A stretch of DNA of 64,000 nucleotides, taken from NCBI RefSeq assembly GCF_000007005.1, contig NC_002754.1; one strand, written 5' to 3'. The translations under genes were made by a program, and so were the position numbers. Source of the DNA: Saccharolobus solfataricus P2 (lineage in GTDB: Archaea; Thermoproteota; Thermoprotei_A; Sulfolobales; Sulfolobaceae). Shown here piece by piece: positions 58,886 through 64,000 of the stretch. Position 1 is the first letter of the stretch, and each line of letters opens with the position of its first letter. Under the pieces are notes generated by a model. It was given only the letters and a program-made list of their open reading frames with translations. It did no database searches and was not told the origin of the DNA.

Positions 58886-59968
58886 GAAGGGTTATTTATA
58901 TCTAGAGGACGGAACGTTTATTGAAGGATATAGTTTTGGAGCTAAAGGAATCAAGGTAGGAGAGGTAGTGTTTACAACTTCTATGAATGGATACGTGGAG
59001 AGTTTAACAGATCCTTCATATAAGGGTCAAATACTAATTATTACGCATCCATTAGTTGGAAATTATGGTGTACCCGAAAAGAAGTATGAACAAGGTATTC
59101 TAACCAACTTCGAGTCAGAAAGAATACAAGTTGAAGGCTTAATAGTAGCTGAGCATACATATCCTAGTAAATGGAACTCAGCGCTGACATTAGATGAGTG
59201 GCTGAAATCAGAGAACGTACCAGGAGTTTTTGATGTCGATACGAGAATGATTGTAAAAAAGATTAGAACCTATGGCACGATGATGGGAATTATAGCTTCT
59301 GAATTAGAAATAGACGATCCTAGAAAATATTTAGAAAAAAAGTACGATGAAATAGATTTCACACAATTTACATCACCCAAGTCACCAATCTTTCATCCAA
59401 ATACTGGAGATATGATCGTAGTAGTGGATTGTGGAATAAAACATGGAATTTTGTACGGACTTTATAAGAGAGGATTCTCAATTGTTAGAGTCCCTTGCAG
59501 TTTTAGTGCTAGTAAGATAATTGAGTATAATCCTAAGGGAATTGTATTTAGTAATGGTCCAGGTAATCCCAATTTGCTAGAAAATCAAATCAAGACGTTC
59601 TCTGAATTAGTGGAGTATAAGATTCCAATCTTAGGTATTTGCTTAGGGCATCAAATAGCAACTCTAGCACTGGGAGGTAAAATTAAGAAAATGAAATTCG
59701 GACATAGGGCAATAAACAAACCAGTAATTGAAAGCAATTCAAATAAATGCTATATATCCACTCATAATCATGGATATGGTATAATATCTAAAAACGATAT
59801 CCCGCCTAATACTAAAATTTGGTTCTATAATCCAGACGATTATACAATAGAAGGCTTAATCCATGAAAAATTACCAATTATCACTACACAATTTCATCCT
59901 GAAGCTAGACCAGGTCCTTGGGATACAACTTGGGTATTTGATAAATTTAGAACTATGGTGACTGGAAA

Positions 59969-59972
<4 letters not shown>
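58869..59972 (+). CDS. carA: Carbamoyl-phosphate synthase small subunit
   Basis: [32 protein letters not shown]. Confidence 0.97.
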
Positions 59973-63124
<3,152 letters not shown>

Positions 63125-63973
63125 TTGAAGATAGCCTTAGTAGTAGATATAATTAGACAAGAGGAGAAGTTAATAATAAAGGCATTAAATGAAAGACAAA
63201 TAGACTATGACGTAATTAACGTAGGCCAAGAACCTATCCCATTCAATAAAGCACTAAGCAAGTACGATGTTGGTATAATCAGACCAGTAAGTATGTATAG
63301 GGCTCTTTACTCATCTGCGATACTAGAGGCCGCCGGTGTACATACGATAAATTCAACAGACGCTATTGGCACTTGCGGAGATAAGATACTTACATATTCT
63401 AAACTATTTAAACATGGAATTCCAATACCGGACTCAATAATAGCAGCATCTCCAGATGCAGCTATGAAAGCATATGAGCAAATGGGATTCCCACTGATAG
63501 ATAAACCGCCTATCGGAAGTTGGGGAAGGATGGTATCTTTGATAAGAGATGTATATGAGGGAAAGACAATTATAGAGCATAGAGAAATGCTTAATAATTC
63601 AGCGCTAAAAGTACATATTATTCAAGAATATATCAAATACAAAGAAAGAGATATAAGATGTATAGTAATAGGTGATGAGCTATTGGGATGCTATGCAAGA
63701 AATATTCCACCTAATGAGTGGAGAGCAAATGTAGCATTGGGAGGAAATCCTACACCTATTCAGTTAGATGATAACATAAGAGAATTAGCTGTAAAGTCTG
63801 TAAAGTTAGTAAAAGGCGAATTCGTATCTATAGACATATTAGAGCACAAATCAAAAGGATATGTTATAAATGAGCTAAATGATGTTCCAGAATTTAAAGG
63901 ATTTATGCTAGCTACTGGTATCAATGTTGCCGAAAAGCTAGTAGATCACATCGTTAAGACCTACCGAGCTTAG
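63125..63973 (+). CDS. argX: Glutamate-LysW ligase ArgX (LysX/RimK ATP-grasp family)
   Basis: [28 protein letters not shown]; located in the arg cluster. Confidence 0.88.
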   Translation: MKIALVVDIIRQEEKLIIKALNERQIDYDVINVGQEPIPFNKALSKYDVGIIRPVSMYRALYSSAILEAAGVHTINSTDAIGTCGDKILTYSKLFKHGIPIPDSIIAASPDAAMKAYEQMGFPLIDKPPIGSWGRMVSLIRDVYEGKTIIEHREMLNNSALKVHIIQEYIKYKERDIRCIVIGDELLGCYARNIPPNEWRANVALGGNPTPIQLDDNIRELAVKSVKLVKGEFVSIDILEHKSKGYVINELNDVPEFKGFMLATGINVAEKLVDHIVKTYRA

Positions 63974-64000
63974 CCAGAAAAATATCGTGATTAGTCTCCT

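Overview
A core, gene-dense region of a Sulfolobales archaeon. The Hjc, PyrF and Taw3 proteins are recognised from memory as Saccharolobus (Sulfolobus) solfataricus-like; no search was run. In order it carries: the A-type ATP synthase operon (E partial, A, B, D, small subunit, K), proS, rps26e, pdxST, a PINA ATPase convergent with hjc, ilvBHC, lipid genes (DGGGP synthase, a GGR-like flavoprotein, a GrsA-like radical SAM), speH, ttuA, pduO, leuS, hisCGABFDEHI, serS, tfs2/lrp, pyrBIKCD and pyrEF, phoU, cdvB3, taw3, queE, purCSQLF-F'DM and argGH-carAB-argX. I found no rRNA, tRNA, CRISPR array or transposase, and no clearly new multi-gene system. The most interesting signals are at fine scale. (1) Three downstream cistrons (GGR-like, hisI, a JAB-like gene after pyrF), and possibly hisC, have a conserved or clearly coding N-terminus upstream of any ATG/GTG/TTG, which implies near-cognate starts (ATC, TTA/ACG, GTA) behind SD-like motifs. 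(2) A probable ~130-nt leader with a 12-codon uORF precedes ilvB. (3) The pur/arg junction holds an HTH-C2H2 gene with an inverted repeat over its start, a 45-aa ribbon-helix-helix gene missing from the ORF track, and an exact 19-bp palindromic direct repeat bracketing the argG promoter. (4) An 18-bp perfect palindrome lies between the TATA box and start of a PhoU-type regulator. (5) A catalytically dead PurF paralogue is coupled to an intact PurF.
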